From: Candidatus Parcubacteria bacterium | GTDB taxonomy: Bacteria; Patescibacteriota; Minisyncoccia; Phycocordibacterales; CALRHW01 | Assembly (NCBI GenBank): GCA_009691505.1 | Contig: SICJ01000003.1 | Span: 1 to 33,876, forward strand | Length of the DNA stretch: 33,876 nucleotides | Direction of reading: 5' to 3' | Part shown: positions 10,344 to 19,200 of the stretch, one piece after another | Layout: every line of letters starts with the position of its first letter | Numbering within the stretch: position 1 is the first letter of the stretch | Notes under the pieces: generated by a model | What the model was told of the DNA's origin: nothing | What the model saw: only the letters and a program-made list of their open reading frames with translations | Database searches by the model: none | Translations under genes and position numbers: made by a program

Positions 10344-11681
10344 TCATTGCGTTGTTACTTTAAAACTAATTTTACTCGTTTTGCTCGGAAAAGACATGTT
10401 CCAAAAAGGCGTAATGTTTGCTTTGGCACTTGCGATGGCAGGATACGAAGAAATGACTGAGCCGAGCTCTTTTTTTGATTTTCCCACCAAATTTTTCTTT
10501 ATTTGTTCTTGATCAAAAATCCATACAAAGTGTGCTTGTCCTTTTAAAATAAAAGGTATGTCTTTGTCGCCAGAAATAGGCAAGGCTACATTTGGTGGTA
10601 AGACAAATTCTAAGTCTGAAAGATTTGAAACATACACCTCACCTTCTTTTGAAGACAGTTTTGTGTTTGAAGCGAGCTCTCTATTTAAAACATTTTCATC
10701 TAAAATAATTCCGCTTATTGTTCCTTTTTGATTTACCGTAACAGAAGTGTCTTTAGTGTCTGTCTGAGGTGCTGATTCAAATGTAAAAAAAGTTGCGTTT
10801 GGATAAAGAATAAAGTTGTCTGGGATTTGCGATTTTACTTCTATTATAAGCTGGTCTTTTAATTGTGCTTTTAATTCGTCCTCTGTTTTTGAAAGTGTAC
10901 TTGATGTTATTTTTTTAACTTTCCCAGAAAAACCTCCTTGCATCGGCGTGTCGGAACGAGCAAAAATATTGGTAAATTTTGGATCACCTTTAAATCCCGG
11001 TATGGTGAAGTCAGAAAGTGGAATGTTATAATCTGTGCCCGCTTTTTCCGCGGTAACTGTTGCGGTGATGCTTCCTGCTACTATTTCGCCAGCTTTTGTG
11101 CTGTAACCGGGGACAATCACTGCACTGTCTATTTTATATATGAGTCCAGACGAAGTCTGAAAACGCGTTCCAGTGATAAGTCTTTGAGTTGTTTTACTAT
11201 TTTTATTAAAAATAACTATTCTTCCGCTCGCTTTTTTATCTATTTGCTCTTCATCTTTTGCTTCTACCGTTTTTCCTAGAACTTTTGAAAGTGTAACTGT
11301 TTGAAAACCAAGATCGAGCGACTCTGGAGATTTTTTTGCCACAAGTGGCGCTTTTATATCTACTGTTTGCGTTTTTGTTGTGATTTCAACCTCTGCACTT
11401 ACAAAAAGAAAGGAGAAAACAAAACCGACAACAAGTAGACACAGCACACCCGTAATCCAAACACTTTTGTGTGGAAACTTACCTTGGGTTTTTTGAGACG
11501 GAGAAAAATAATTGTCATGCGCTGGTTCTATATTTTTTTTCAGCGGTTTTCTACTATCAAGTACAATAATGTCTTCTGTAGAAGTGTGCGTACCCCCACC
11601 GCGTCTTTTCCTAGATAGTGGAATATTTCTTATTGATTTATTTTCTGGAGGTAAAACATCTTGTAAAATTTTCTTTGCCAT
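10344..11681 (-). CDS. Single-pass membrane protein with a baseplate-J-like beta-rich domain
   Basis: Disordered N-terminus, one TM helix (WITGVLCLLVVGFVFSFLFV), then GTRFQTSSGLIY...ITATVTAEKAGTDYNI, resembling the baseplate J/gp47 barrel motif. Confidence 0.65.
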   Translation of the reverse strand: MAKKILQDVLPPENKSIRNIPLSRKRRGGGTHTSTEDIIVLDSRKPLKKNIEPAHDNYFSPSQKTQGKFPHKSVWITGVLCLLVVGFVFSFLFVSAEVEITTKTQTVDIKAPLVAKKSPESLDLGFQTVTLSKVLGKTVEAKDEEQIDKKASGRIVIFNKNSKTTQRLITGTRFQTSSGLIYKIDSAVIVPGYSTKAGEIVAGSITATVTAEKAGTDYNIPLSDFTIPGFKGDPKFTNIFARSDTPMQGGFSGKVKKITSSTLSKTEDELKAQLKDQLIIEVKSQIPDNFILYPNATFFTFESAPQTDTKDTSVTVNQKGTISGIILDENVLNRELASNTKLSSKEGEVYVSNLSDLEFVLPPNVALPISGDKDIPFILKGQAHFVWIFDQEQIKKNLVGKSKKELGSVISSYPAIASAKANITPFWNMSFPSKTSKISFKVTTQ

Positions 11682-11721
11682 ATTAAATATTAGTATACAC
11701 TAAAAAATATTATTTGAAATA

Positions 11722-12936
11722 TTATTCATTGAACAACTTGTTGAAAAAGATACTTTCAAGCGCGAGAAACGGATCTCTGTCAGACTGCGCGTCAAACTCT
11801 ACAAACTGCGAAAGTTTTTCTTCATCTAAAAGAACCACTGGTATCGCTTGAAAATCTGCACTATTTTTTTGAGCGAGAGAAAGATTTTTTTTTATGGTGG
11901 AAATAAAAAGTGGCGCGACGTCGCTATCTACTGTGACAAATATTTTAGACGGTGTAGAACCTTTTGCAACATCTGAAAACGCTTTGAAAAAAAGGTCGCT
12001 CCATTCTCTAGAAACTCTTGCGCTCGCACTAGCCACAGATTTTGCACTTGCTTCTTCTATATGTCCGCGCGAATTCATTTTTATATAAGACAAAGCAATC
12101 TCTGGTAATACTTTGAGTTCTTCCGCTACTTGTTTTATAAGATGATTACGACCAAAAGGAAAAGATGTCGTTTCCATCAGTACGTGTTTTTCTACAGATG
12201 AAATGTCGGTGACTTCAGAGGAAATATCCATAAATACGTAGTCAGATTCATTTGAAAAAATATCACCAATAACGCTGTATTCTACTAAAGAAAAAGAAAA
12301 AAGTGCCAGATTTTTTGAATAAAAATATTTTCCAACGATATGCTCTATAGAAGTAGCGATTTCTTTTGAAATAAAACTAAGGAAAATCGCCAGCTCTATT
12401 TGGCGAGCGTTCTTTTGATATGGGTCTGTGGTATTGTAACCGTTTAATTTTGTCTGGATAATCCTTTTTTCCAAAATTTCAATATCTTTTTTTGACAGAG
12501 CACCTATTTTTCTCTCAGTAACTTCTTTTGTAAAAAGATCCACTTCGTGTTTAAGGAGAGAATCTATAAAATTTCTATTTATGAAAATAGGCTCATTATT
12601 TTCTATTTTAAGTATTTTTGTTTTTGAGATATACCAAGGTGAAGACAATACACAAAAAGTCTGTCTAACTTTTTCCTTTTCCAAGCCAAGCTTACGCATG
12701 TGTTCAAGTCCTTCTTTGGCAACACAAGCGAGTGTTTCTTCTAAAATTTTTAAAGCTAATGCAGATAATTTATTTTTAAATACTTTTTCTGAGATTGCGA
12801 GCGGAAGCCTTTTTGAGTAAATAAGTCTAGGAGCATTATTTGTTTTAAAAAGCACAAGAGCGGCAGCGACGCTTCCGTTGCCAAAATCAATAACCAAATT
12901 TACTTCTTGTTCTAATTTTTCTTTAAAAAAAGACAT
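11722..12936 (-). CDS. Divergent FtsA/PilM-like actin-fold protein
   Basis: N-terminal VIDFGNGSV phosphate-1-like motif and a second degenerate motif FMDISSEVTDIS followed by FPFGRNHLIKQVA. Confidence 0.65.
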   Translation of the reverse strand: MSFFKEKLEQEVNLVIDFGNGSVAAALVLFKTNNAPRLIYSKRLPLAISEKVFKNKLSALALKILEETLACVAKEGLEHMRKLGLEKEKVRQTFCVLSSPWYISKTKILKIENNEPIFINRNFIDSLLKHEVDLFTKEVTERKIGALSKKDIEILEKRIIQTKLNGYNTTDPYQKNARQIELAIFLSFISKEIATSIEHIVGKYFYSKNLALFSFSLVEYSVIGDIFSNESDYVFMDISSEVTDISSVEKHVLMETTSFPFGRNHLIKQVAEELKVLPEIALSYIKMNSRGHIEEASAKSVASASARVSREWSDLFFKAFSDVAKGSTPSKIFVTVDSDVAPLFISTIKKNLSLAQKNSADFQAIPVVLLDEEKLSQFVEFDAQSDRDPFLALESIFFNKLFNE

Positions 12937-12952
12937 TGCTCTTTTATTATAC

Positions 12953-14746
12953 CTAAATGATTGCTTTTATTCTACGTACTCCTGCGGAAACTGCTTCTTC
13001 TTTTATTATTTTAAAGTGCCCAAGCTCTGAGGTATTTTGCACGTGCGGTCCGCCACAAAATTCTTTTGAATAAGCATTCTCTAACTCGTCGCCGATGAAA
13101 TAAATACTTACTTCGTCGCCGTATTTTTCGCCAAAAAGATGTCGCGCGCCGGTTTTTTCTGCTTGTGCTTTTGGTAGCACGACTTTATTTACTGGGATTT
13201 TTGCGCTTATTTTTTCATTTACAATATCTTCCACTTTCGTTTTTTCTTCGTCTGTCATTTTTTGCGTATGAGAAAAATCAAAACGTAAACGCTCTGGCGT
13301 TATATTTGAACCTTTTTGCTCTACATGCTCGCCGAGTACATCATGAAGTGCTTGATGAAGAAGATGAGTCGCTGTATGAAGTCGCACCGACATTTCGTCT
13401 GTACTAGCAAGTCCACCCTTAAATTTTTGCTCAGCTCCTGCGCGAGAAAGATTTTGATGATTTTTTTGTTCTTCTAAAAATTCGCCAATATTTACTGACA
13501 TATTATTTTCACGAGCAAAATCTATAGTCATTTCAATCGGAAAACCCATTACAGAAGAAAGGTGGAAAGCGTCTTTTCCAGAAATCTCTTTTTTAAAAGT
13601 AGCGAGAATTTTTAATCCTTGAGGAAATATTTTTTTAAACTTTTCTACTTCTTCATTTATCGTCTTTTCTATCGTTTCAACTTTATTTTGAATTTCGGGA
13701 TACGTTTGAATATATGTTTCCGCTACAGACGCAACAAAATCATGCACGACCTCAGGAGAAATATCTTTTTTGTCAGTATGGAAAATCGCTCGACGAAGAA
13801 GTCGCCTGAGCACGTATCCTCTGTCTGTGTTGGACGGGACAACTCCATCACCTATAATAAAAATAGAAGTGCGGACATGGTCGGTGATTATTTTTTGCGA
13901 TTTATTTTCGCTTGCAATTTTGCCCGCAAGTTTCATCAAGTCCGCAAATAAATCTATCTCAAAAAAGTCGCGGGTATTTTGCATTACCATTGAAAGTCGC
14001 TCCAAGCCCGCGCCAGTGTCCACGTTTCTCTGCGAAAGTTTACCGACCACTTTTCCATCGCGCTTTTCATATTCCATAAAAACGTCATTCCATATTTCCA
14101 CAATCTGTTGTGATTTATTTTCAACTAAAAAATCTGTTTTGGACATTCCGTCGGTCAAAGTGCCTGTTAAATCATAAAACATTTCTGTATCTGGACCACA
14201 AGGGCCATTGTCACCAGCGCTCCACCAATTGTCCTCAGCGGACATAAAATAAATTCTCTCGCCTGCGACGCCAGCCTGCGCAAAAATATTTTTCCAAATC
14301 TCAAAAGACTCATCATCACGCGGGGCATTATCATCACCCTCAAAAACAGTAACGTAAAGTCGGCGTGGATCTAAACCAAGCCCGCTTTCTTTTGATGTTA
14401 AAAATTCAAAACTCCATTCTATCGCCTCTTTTTTGAAATAATCTCCGAAAGACCAATTGCCGAGCATTTCAAAAAAAGTAGCGTGTGTGTTGTCACCCAC
14501 GTCATCTATATCTACAGTCCGCAAACATTTTTGAACACTTGCGACACGAGTGCCAGATGGATGTTTTTTGCCTAAAAGATAAGGAATGAGCGGTTGCATT
14601 CCAGCGGAATTAAAAAGAGTTGCATCTGTGACACCTTTTTCGTCAGACGTGACAATAGAAACAGAGGGCAAAATAGCGTGCTTTTTACTCTCAAAAAACT
14701 CTTTAAATTTACGACGGATTTCCTGTGCTGTCATTTGTGATTGCAT
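12953..14746 (-). CDS. alaS: Alanyl-tRNA synthetase, short form (editing domain kept, C-Ala domain absent)
   Basis: LFNSAGMQPL, HATFFEMLGNWSFGDYFK, NVDTGAGLER, editing motifs HTATHLLH and CGGPH. The protein ends right after GVRRIKA. Confidence 0.97.
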   Translation of the reverse strand: MQSQMTAQEIRRKFKEFFESKKHAILPSVSIVTSDEKGVTDATLFNSAGMQPLIPYLLGKKHPSGTRVASVQKCLRTVDIDDVGDNTHATFFEMLGNWSFGDYFKKEAIEWSFEFLTSKESGLGLDPRRLYVTVFEGDDNAPRDDESFEIWKNIFAQAGVAGERIYFMSAEDNWWSAGDNGPCGPDTEMFYDLTGTLTDGMSKTDFLVENKSQQIVEIWNDVFMEYEKRDGKVVGKLSQRNVDTGAGLERLSMVMQNTRDFFEIDLFADLMKLAGKIASENKSQKIITDHVRTSIFIIGDGVVPSNTDRGYVLRRLLRRAIFHTDKKDISPEVVHDFVASVAETYIQTYPEIQNKVETIEKTINEEVEKFKKIFPQGLKILATFKKEISGKDAFHLSSVMGFPIEMTIDFARENNMSVNIGEFLEEQKNHQNLSRAGAEQKFKGGLASTDEMSVRLHTATHLLHQALHDVLGEHVEQKGSNITPERLRFDFSHTQKMTDEEKTKVEDIVNEKISAKIPVNKVVLPKAQAEKTGARHLFGEKYGDEVSIYFIGDELENAYSKEFCGGPHVQNTSELGHFKIIKEEAVSAGVRRIKAII

Positions 14747-14786
14747 AAAGTTTACTATATCGTTTTTTGCGTCTATTTACAAAAAA

Positions 14787-15638
14787 TTACAAAAGACTTA
14801 TTTCTGTTATGACCTCATCTTTTTCTGTTTGACTCAAACCCATGTCGTCCAGAAGCTCTTTTTTTTCAAGTAAGGTTTTACAAAGCACTACGTTTTGAGA
14901 AATAAGTGTTTTTATGTGTGATTGGCTGAGCGTTTTTAAGCAAGTGATAGGATGAAGCTCCGAATCTTCTATCATGTTTTGCAAATTGCCTTTGAATGGA
15001 TAATTCCAGCCCACCATGTGAATACCGTTGCACATTCCATATTGAATAGCAGTGTTTGTAAATTTTGTATTTGTAATGAGCCAGCCTTCGTCTAATTTTC
15101 GCGGCGTGCCGTACTGCGTAAATTCTTTTCCTGAAAGATCTTCAAATCGCGCTTTTACATAAAGTGCTACTTTTAAATCACTCCGCGAGCCGGGCTCGTT
15201 GTGAAATTTTGCTTCACACATTATGAGTTTATTTTCATTGTATGCAACGACATCTACTTCATGCTCTACACAATTACCCATAATATGCTGATTAGTAAGT
15301 ACGCTATATCCCTTACTTTTAAAAATTTCGGCGATGAAATCTTCAAACGGAAACCCTGTCGGGCCAAGATCCATTATTGCTCGCTTTAGTGAATAGCGTA
15401 TCGCAGTTGGTCTTTCAAATTTTTTAAGTAAAGTAAAAGCGTGAGAATATATTTGCGTGGTACTCATTCCTTCGGCAACCTCGCCCTCTATGTGTTTTGT
15501 TATGAGTTCTCCTGTGTGAGCTGACGCGCCAGATTTTATAAGCGATTGTAAAAGTTTTTCTCTATTGAAATCTTCTTTTTTGCCGTCAGATTTTATTATT
15601 TTAATTTTAGGTATTTTGTCTTCCATTTTGTTTTCCAT
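14787..15638 (-). CDS. ATP-cone domain fused to an Mrr-like PD-(D/E)xK restriction-endonuclease fold
   Basis: N-terminal IIKSDGKKEDFNREKLLQSL (ATP cone), then FEDFIAEIFKSKGY, HEVDVVA, CEAKFH, LITNTKFT. Confidence 0.8.
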   Translation of the reverse strand: MENKMEDKIPKIKIIKSDGKKEDFNREKLLQSLIKSGASAHTGELITKHIEGEVAEGMSTTQIYSHAFTLLKKFERPTAIRYSLKRAIMDLGPTGFPFEDFIAEIFKSKGYSVLTNQHIMGNCVEHEVDVVAYNENKLIMCEAKFHNEPGSRSDLKVALYVKARFEDLSGKEFTQYGTPRKLDEGWLITNTKFTNTAIQYGMCNGIHMVGWNYPFKGNLQNMIEDSELHPITCLKTLSQSHIKTLISQNVVLCKTLLEKKELLDDMGLSQTEKDEVITEISLL

Positions 15639-15642
15639 TTTT

Positions 15643-16629
15643 TTAATTTAAATATAATGCCCGATTTTTTTTGTGTTCGTCAAACGTGGTCGCATAATAT
15701 ATTATACCGTCTTTACCAGAAAGAAAATAAAAATAAGGTGTATCTTTTGGACTAAGTGCAGCTAAAAGCGAGTCAAAACCCGGATTTGAAATCGGTGTCG
15801 GCGGAAAACCTTTATATTTGTAGGTATTATATGGAGAGTCTATCTCAAGGTCGGACAGAGTGAGCTCTTCGGTTGTTTTGCCGTTTATATATTGAAAGGT
15901 TACATCCACCTGAAGTGGCATACCGATCTTTATTCTTTTCCACAAAATTCCAGATATGATTTCACGCGTTTCCGTGGTACGCGCCTCTTCTTCAAGAATA
16001 GAAGCCATGGTGACTATCTCATCAAGCGGTTTGCCAAAAGTTTTTATCTTTTCATTTAGCTTTGCGATTTTTTTATCAAAATTTTTTTCCATTAAACTTA
16101 ACACGTCACTTTCGGTTGCATTTTGAAGAAAAAAGTATGTATCAGGAAAAAGATAGCCCTCTTTTGCTAGTGCTAAAAAGTTTTCTGAATTAAATTTGAT
16201 GAGCTCTTTTTCAAAAAGCGACGCCATCTCAAAAATATTTAACCCCTCAAAAATAGTGATTTTTATTGGCAGTAAGCCGTACTCTGCTTTGGTCAAGCGA
16301 CTTGCCACTCCATAAGCACTTATTGGTTTTTCAAAAGAATAATCCCCTGCTTTGATGCCATTTTCGCGTCCAAGCATTATTACTAGATTTTTAAATAAAA
16401 AAGGTGAACTAATAATATGTGCATCTGTAAGTGAGTTTGCTACAGATGAGACAGATTGACCTTTTTCTACTGAAAAAATAATCTCCGACGGAAAAGTGCT
16501 AGGTGCTCGCCATAAAAAAAGATGCACATAAGGTACAGTAAAAATTAAAATAAATATAAAACACCTAGAAAAAACAGGATGGGTCTCTAAAAATATAAAG
16601 AAACGTGATTTGGGTAATTTGGGTTCCAT
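15643..16629 (-). CDS. mltG: Endolytic transglycosylase MltG (YceG family)
   Basis: TM anchor, EGYLFPDTY, MASILEEE, PLQVD, SPYNTY..GFPPTPISNPG. Confidence 0.93.
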   Translation of the reverse strand: MEPKLPKSRFFIFLETHPVFSRCFIFILIFTVPYVHLFLWRAPSTFPSEIIFSVEKGQSVSSVANSLTDAHIISSPFLFKNLVIMLGRENGIKAGDYSFEKPISAYGVASRLTKAEYGLLPIKITIFEGLNIFEMASLFEKELIKFNSENFLALAKEGYLFPDTYFFLQNATESDVLSLMEKNFDKKIAKLNEKIKTFGKPLDEIVTMASILEEEARTTETREIISGILWKRIKIGMPLQVDVTFQYINGKTTEELTLSDLEIDSPYNTYKYKGFPPTPISNPGFDSLLAALSPKDTPYFYFLSGKDGIIYYATTFDEHKKNRALYLN

Positions 16630-16638
16630 GTCTGTATT

Positions 16639-17910
16639 TTAAACAGGAAGATTTGGTGGTGCTTCGCCTTTCTTTGACATAGATTTTTGAAGAGTCGGAG
16701 TGGAAGCGACACTTCCAGGAAAATGAAATATGGTCGCAAGCTCTTCTGTATTCATAATTATAGTTTTTTGTAAATAATTTTTATATGGAGTATGAAAAAA
16801 TGAACGACGTTTATAGGCATCAAGCATTTTTACCTCGCGGTCAGTTCTCTTTATTCTTCTTCCAATACCACCGAGACCAATCCAGTCCTGCCAAGGATAA
16901 TCAAAATCAGTAAATTTCCCCAGTTTAAAACCATTTAAAGTTTCAGAACCATATTGTTTAAAACTCCCAATAAGCCCAGTGATACCGATACCGTCAAAAG
17001 CTTCTGGTTTTGCAATATAAAATCCTCGTATCCCCACCTCAAACGGAAGTTTGGACATACAACGTTCCAGAGCATTTATCACCTCATCTTCTTGTTTTGT
17101 GGGTCTACGAAATTTTGCGCCTGTCTCGTCGTCTCCACCTTCAGCTTTTAGTTTATTAATAAGTTTTTTTACTTCAGCTTCTCCAGCGTCTTTCCAAAAT
17201 GGTTTTTTATATAAGCGACCGTCCTCAAGCCCTTCCTTTTTATGACCTTGAATAAGAATCTGAATCCATACTTGCTCACCCTTTTTAAGTGATCCTAAAA
17301 ATTCAAGTACAGACGTCATAGGATCAATCTTAAACTCTTCGTCTGGATTTTTATCTAAACCATAATCAACATAAGTTTTAATAGGATAGACATCTGGTTT
17401 TGTAAATTTAAAATATGTCGCCCAAAAAGGTGGTGGGTCTGAAGATTTCAACTTTCCAGGATGAAACACCGTTTTTGTGTAGTCTTCTGATTCGTGAATT
17501 TCTACTCCGGGATATTGAGCGTAGACTTGTGATTCTAGTAAACGTCTGTATTTTGGTCTTGTCCAAATATAAAACTTTACTTGCCCCTCTATAGACACGA
17601 GCTCTAGAGAAAACCATGGCTTCGTTTTCCCTCTCATATAAGTATCAAGATATGAATTTGAACCCTTTTGCCACAACGCCGTCAAAACAAGCTCCATAGC
17701 AAGTGGTGATTTTGTAATTTCTTTTGGGAGCTTCATTTCAAGGAGCACTCCTCCTTCTTTGTTAATATTTTTAGTAACAATATAATCCAACCAAATATTA
17801 AGAAAAGCGATAAATAAAAGTATTGGAAACCATAAAGGTAAATATGTATACAGAATATGTAATACTGTTCCGAGTATGTCAGAATTTAAATCAGAAAAAA
17901 AACTGTTCAT
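16639..17910 (-). CDS. Membrane-anchored hypothetical protein
   Basis: 423-aa ORF with an N-terminal TM segment. The SLELVS, YAQYPGVEI..EDY and EELATIFHFP motifs resemble CPR proteins similar to the N-terminal part of coupling-protein-like ATPases. No P-loop is present. Confidence 0.7.
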   Translation of the reverse strand: MNSFFSDLNSDILGTVLHILYTYLPLWFPILLFIAFLNIWLDYIVTKNINKEGGVLLEMKLPKEITKSPLAMELVLTALWQKGSNSYLDTYMRGKTKPWFSLELVSIEGQVKFYIWTRPKYRRLLESQVYAQYPGVEIHESEDYTKTVFHPGKLKSSDPPPFWATYFKFTKPDVYPIKTYVDYGLDKNPDEEFKIDPMTSVLEFLGSLKKGEQVWIQILIQGHKKEGLEDGRLYKKPFWKDAGEAEVKKLINKLKAEGGDDETGAKFRRPTKQEDEVINALERCMSKLPFEVGIRGFYIAKPEAFDGIGITGLIGSFKQYGSETLNGFKLGKFTDFDYPWQDWIGLGGIGRRIKRTDREVKMLDAYKRRSFFHTPYKNYLQKTIIMNTEELATIFHFPGSVASTPTLQKSMSKKGEAPPNLPV

Positions 17911-17953
17911 TGCCTATTATTTTAGCACAATTTAAAAAAGAAGTGGATAACCA

Positions 17954-18070
17954 CGTAACAAATAAAAATAACCTTTAGAAAGACTCGCACAGGCGCGTCG
18001 GCGCCGAGCGGAGCAGAAATCTGAGCAGGGATTTACGCGTGCTTTCCAAAGGTTGTTTTTATTTGTTACG
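17954..18070. other. 117-nt structured element (29-bp terminal inverted repeat around a GC-rich core); ncRNA, MITE or complex terminator
   Basis: cgtaacaaataaaaataacctttagaaag (17954-17982) is the reverse complement of ctttccaaaggttgtttttatttgttacg (18042-18070) at 27 of 29 positions. Confidence 0.65.
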
Positions 18071-19106
18071 CAATACCATACTTATTTTGCTTGTCTTTTT
18101 TGAAATGTTTTGGATTTTGTAGGTTTACGAGAATCGTGTTTTCTTTTACATATCTTTCTTTTAAAACTCTATCTATCACCTGCTCTTTTGTAAGCGGACC
18201 TTCTTTTTCTAAAATTTTTCGTATGACATCTTTTACTACACCACTCATATATCCCCATTCTGCAAGAGCATAAAGACCTCTTCCTACAAGCACAAATCGT
18301 GGGTCTTTTATGAGCTCGTTGTGAGTCGTCGCTACGTGAGCTTTCTTTTCGAAAATCTTTTCAATTGAGCTGGCAACTTCGCGGAAATGTATTGGTGAAC
18401 CATGTTTACGAATAACAAGAAAAGCATAATCACGCATACCTTTCGCGTTGATGTTTGAAGATTTTGATTTTCCCCATTCACCTAGAGAATTTTTACCAAT
18501 CTTTTTTGAAAGTGAAAGCCAACGTCGCACAACTTCGTCATTTTTATAATCTTCTGATACTTCTTTTAGATGGTCAAGAAACGCAGAAATCATATCGCCT
18601 TCTGGCACGATATCGTCATCTTTTAGATTTGAGTAAAGTTTTCGTAGAGATTCATGCACGCGGTCGGCGAGTTTTCCATCAATATACCATCGATGTTTAA
18701 ACTCATCATCTTCTTTTTCTTTTTTAAATTCTTCACCGACAACGAGCAGGAAAAGTGCGTTATTTTGTGTAGTTTTATCTTTTGAAATGTGATTTAAAAT
18801 ATCCTGTTCTCCGATAACACTTCCCAATTTTGAAATATAAGCTTTTAAATCATCAAAGGCTTTTTTTTCTTTTGCATACTCTTTTGATTTTCTAATATTT
18901 GCGAGCGAATAGTTTTCAATCTGACGCACTCGCTCACGAGTAATACCGTATTTTTTTCCGATAGATTCAAGAGTCATTTTGTTTTGATTTGTACCCAAAC
19001 CATAACGACTCACGATGACATCTTTTGCACGGTTTGCTAAAACAGAAAGCAATCTTTTTGTTACTTGCTTTGGGTTAACCAAAATTCCTTTAGTGTTTTC
19101 TGTCAT
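18066..19106 (-). CDS. Protein with a sigma-70 region-4 HTH at the N-terminus and winged-HTH (HARE-HTH / RNAP-delta-like) domains at the C-terminus
   Basis: VIVSRYGL...MTLESIGKKYGITRERVRQIE (sigma-4). AFLVIRKHGSPIHFREVA...HNELIKDPRFVLVGRGLYALAEW. No sigma region 2. Confidence 0.8.
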   Translation of the reverse strand: MTENTKGILVNPKQVTKRLLSVLANRAKDVIVSRYGLGTNQNKMTLESIGKKYGITRERVRQIENYSLANIRKSKEYAKEKKAFDDLKAYISKLGSVIGEQDILNHISKDKTTQNNALFLLVVGEEFKKEKEDDEFKHRWYIDGKLADRVHESLRKLYSNLKDDDIVPEGDMISAFLDHLKEVSEDYKNDEVVRRWLSLSKKIGKNSLGEWGKSKSSNINAKGMRDYAFLVIRKHGSPIHFREVASSIEKIFEKKAHVATTHNELIKDPRFVLVGRGLYALAEWGYMSGVVKDVIRKILEKEGPLTKEQVIDRVLKERYVKENTILVNLQNPKHFKKDKQNKYGIA

Positions 19107-19200
19107 ATTTTTATTGTGATTTCTAAATATTATTTATACTACTCATTTGTATCACTATTATTAATTCAAGTCAACAAACTTGTCAAGCCCACAGAAAAAC

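Noticed and set aside
10344-11681. Prophage suggested by the baseplate-J-like domain
   Set aside because: The protein has a TM anchor and is flanked by housekeeping genes, with no other phage structural genes.
17942-17950. DnaA-box-like sequences (agtggataa here, tgtggatta at 33212-33220) as a possible oriC
   Set aside because: They are isolated 8/9 matches with no cluster, no dnaA or dnaN nearby and no switch in gene orientation.
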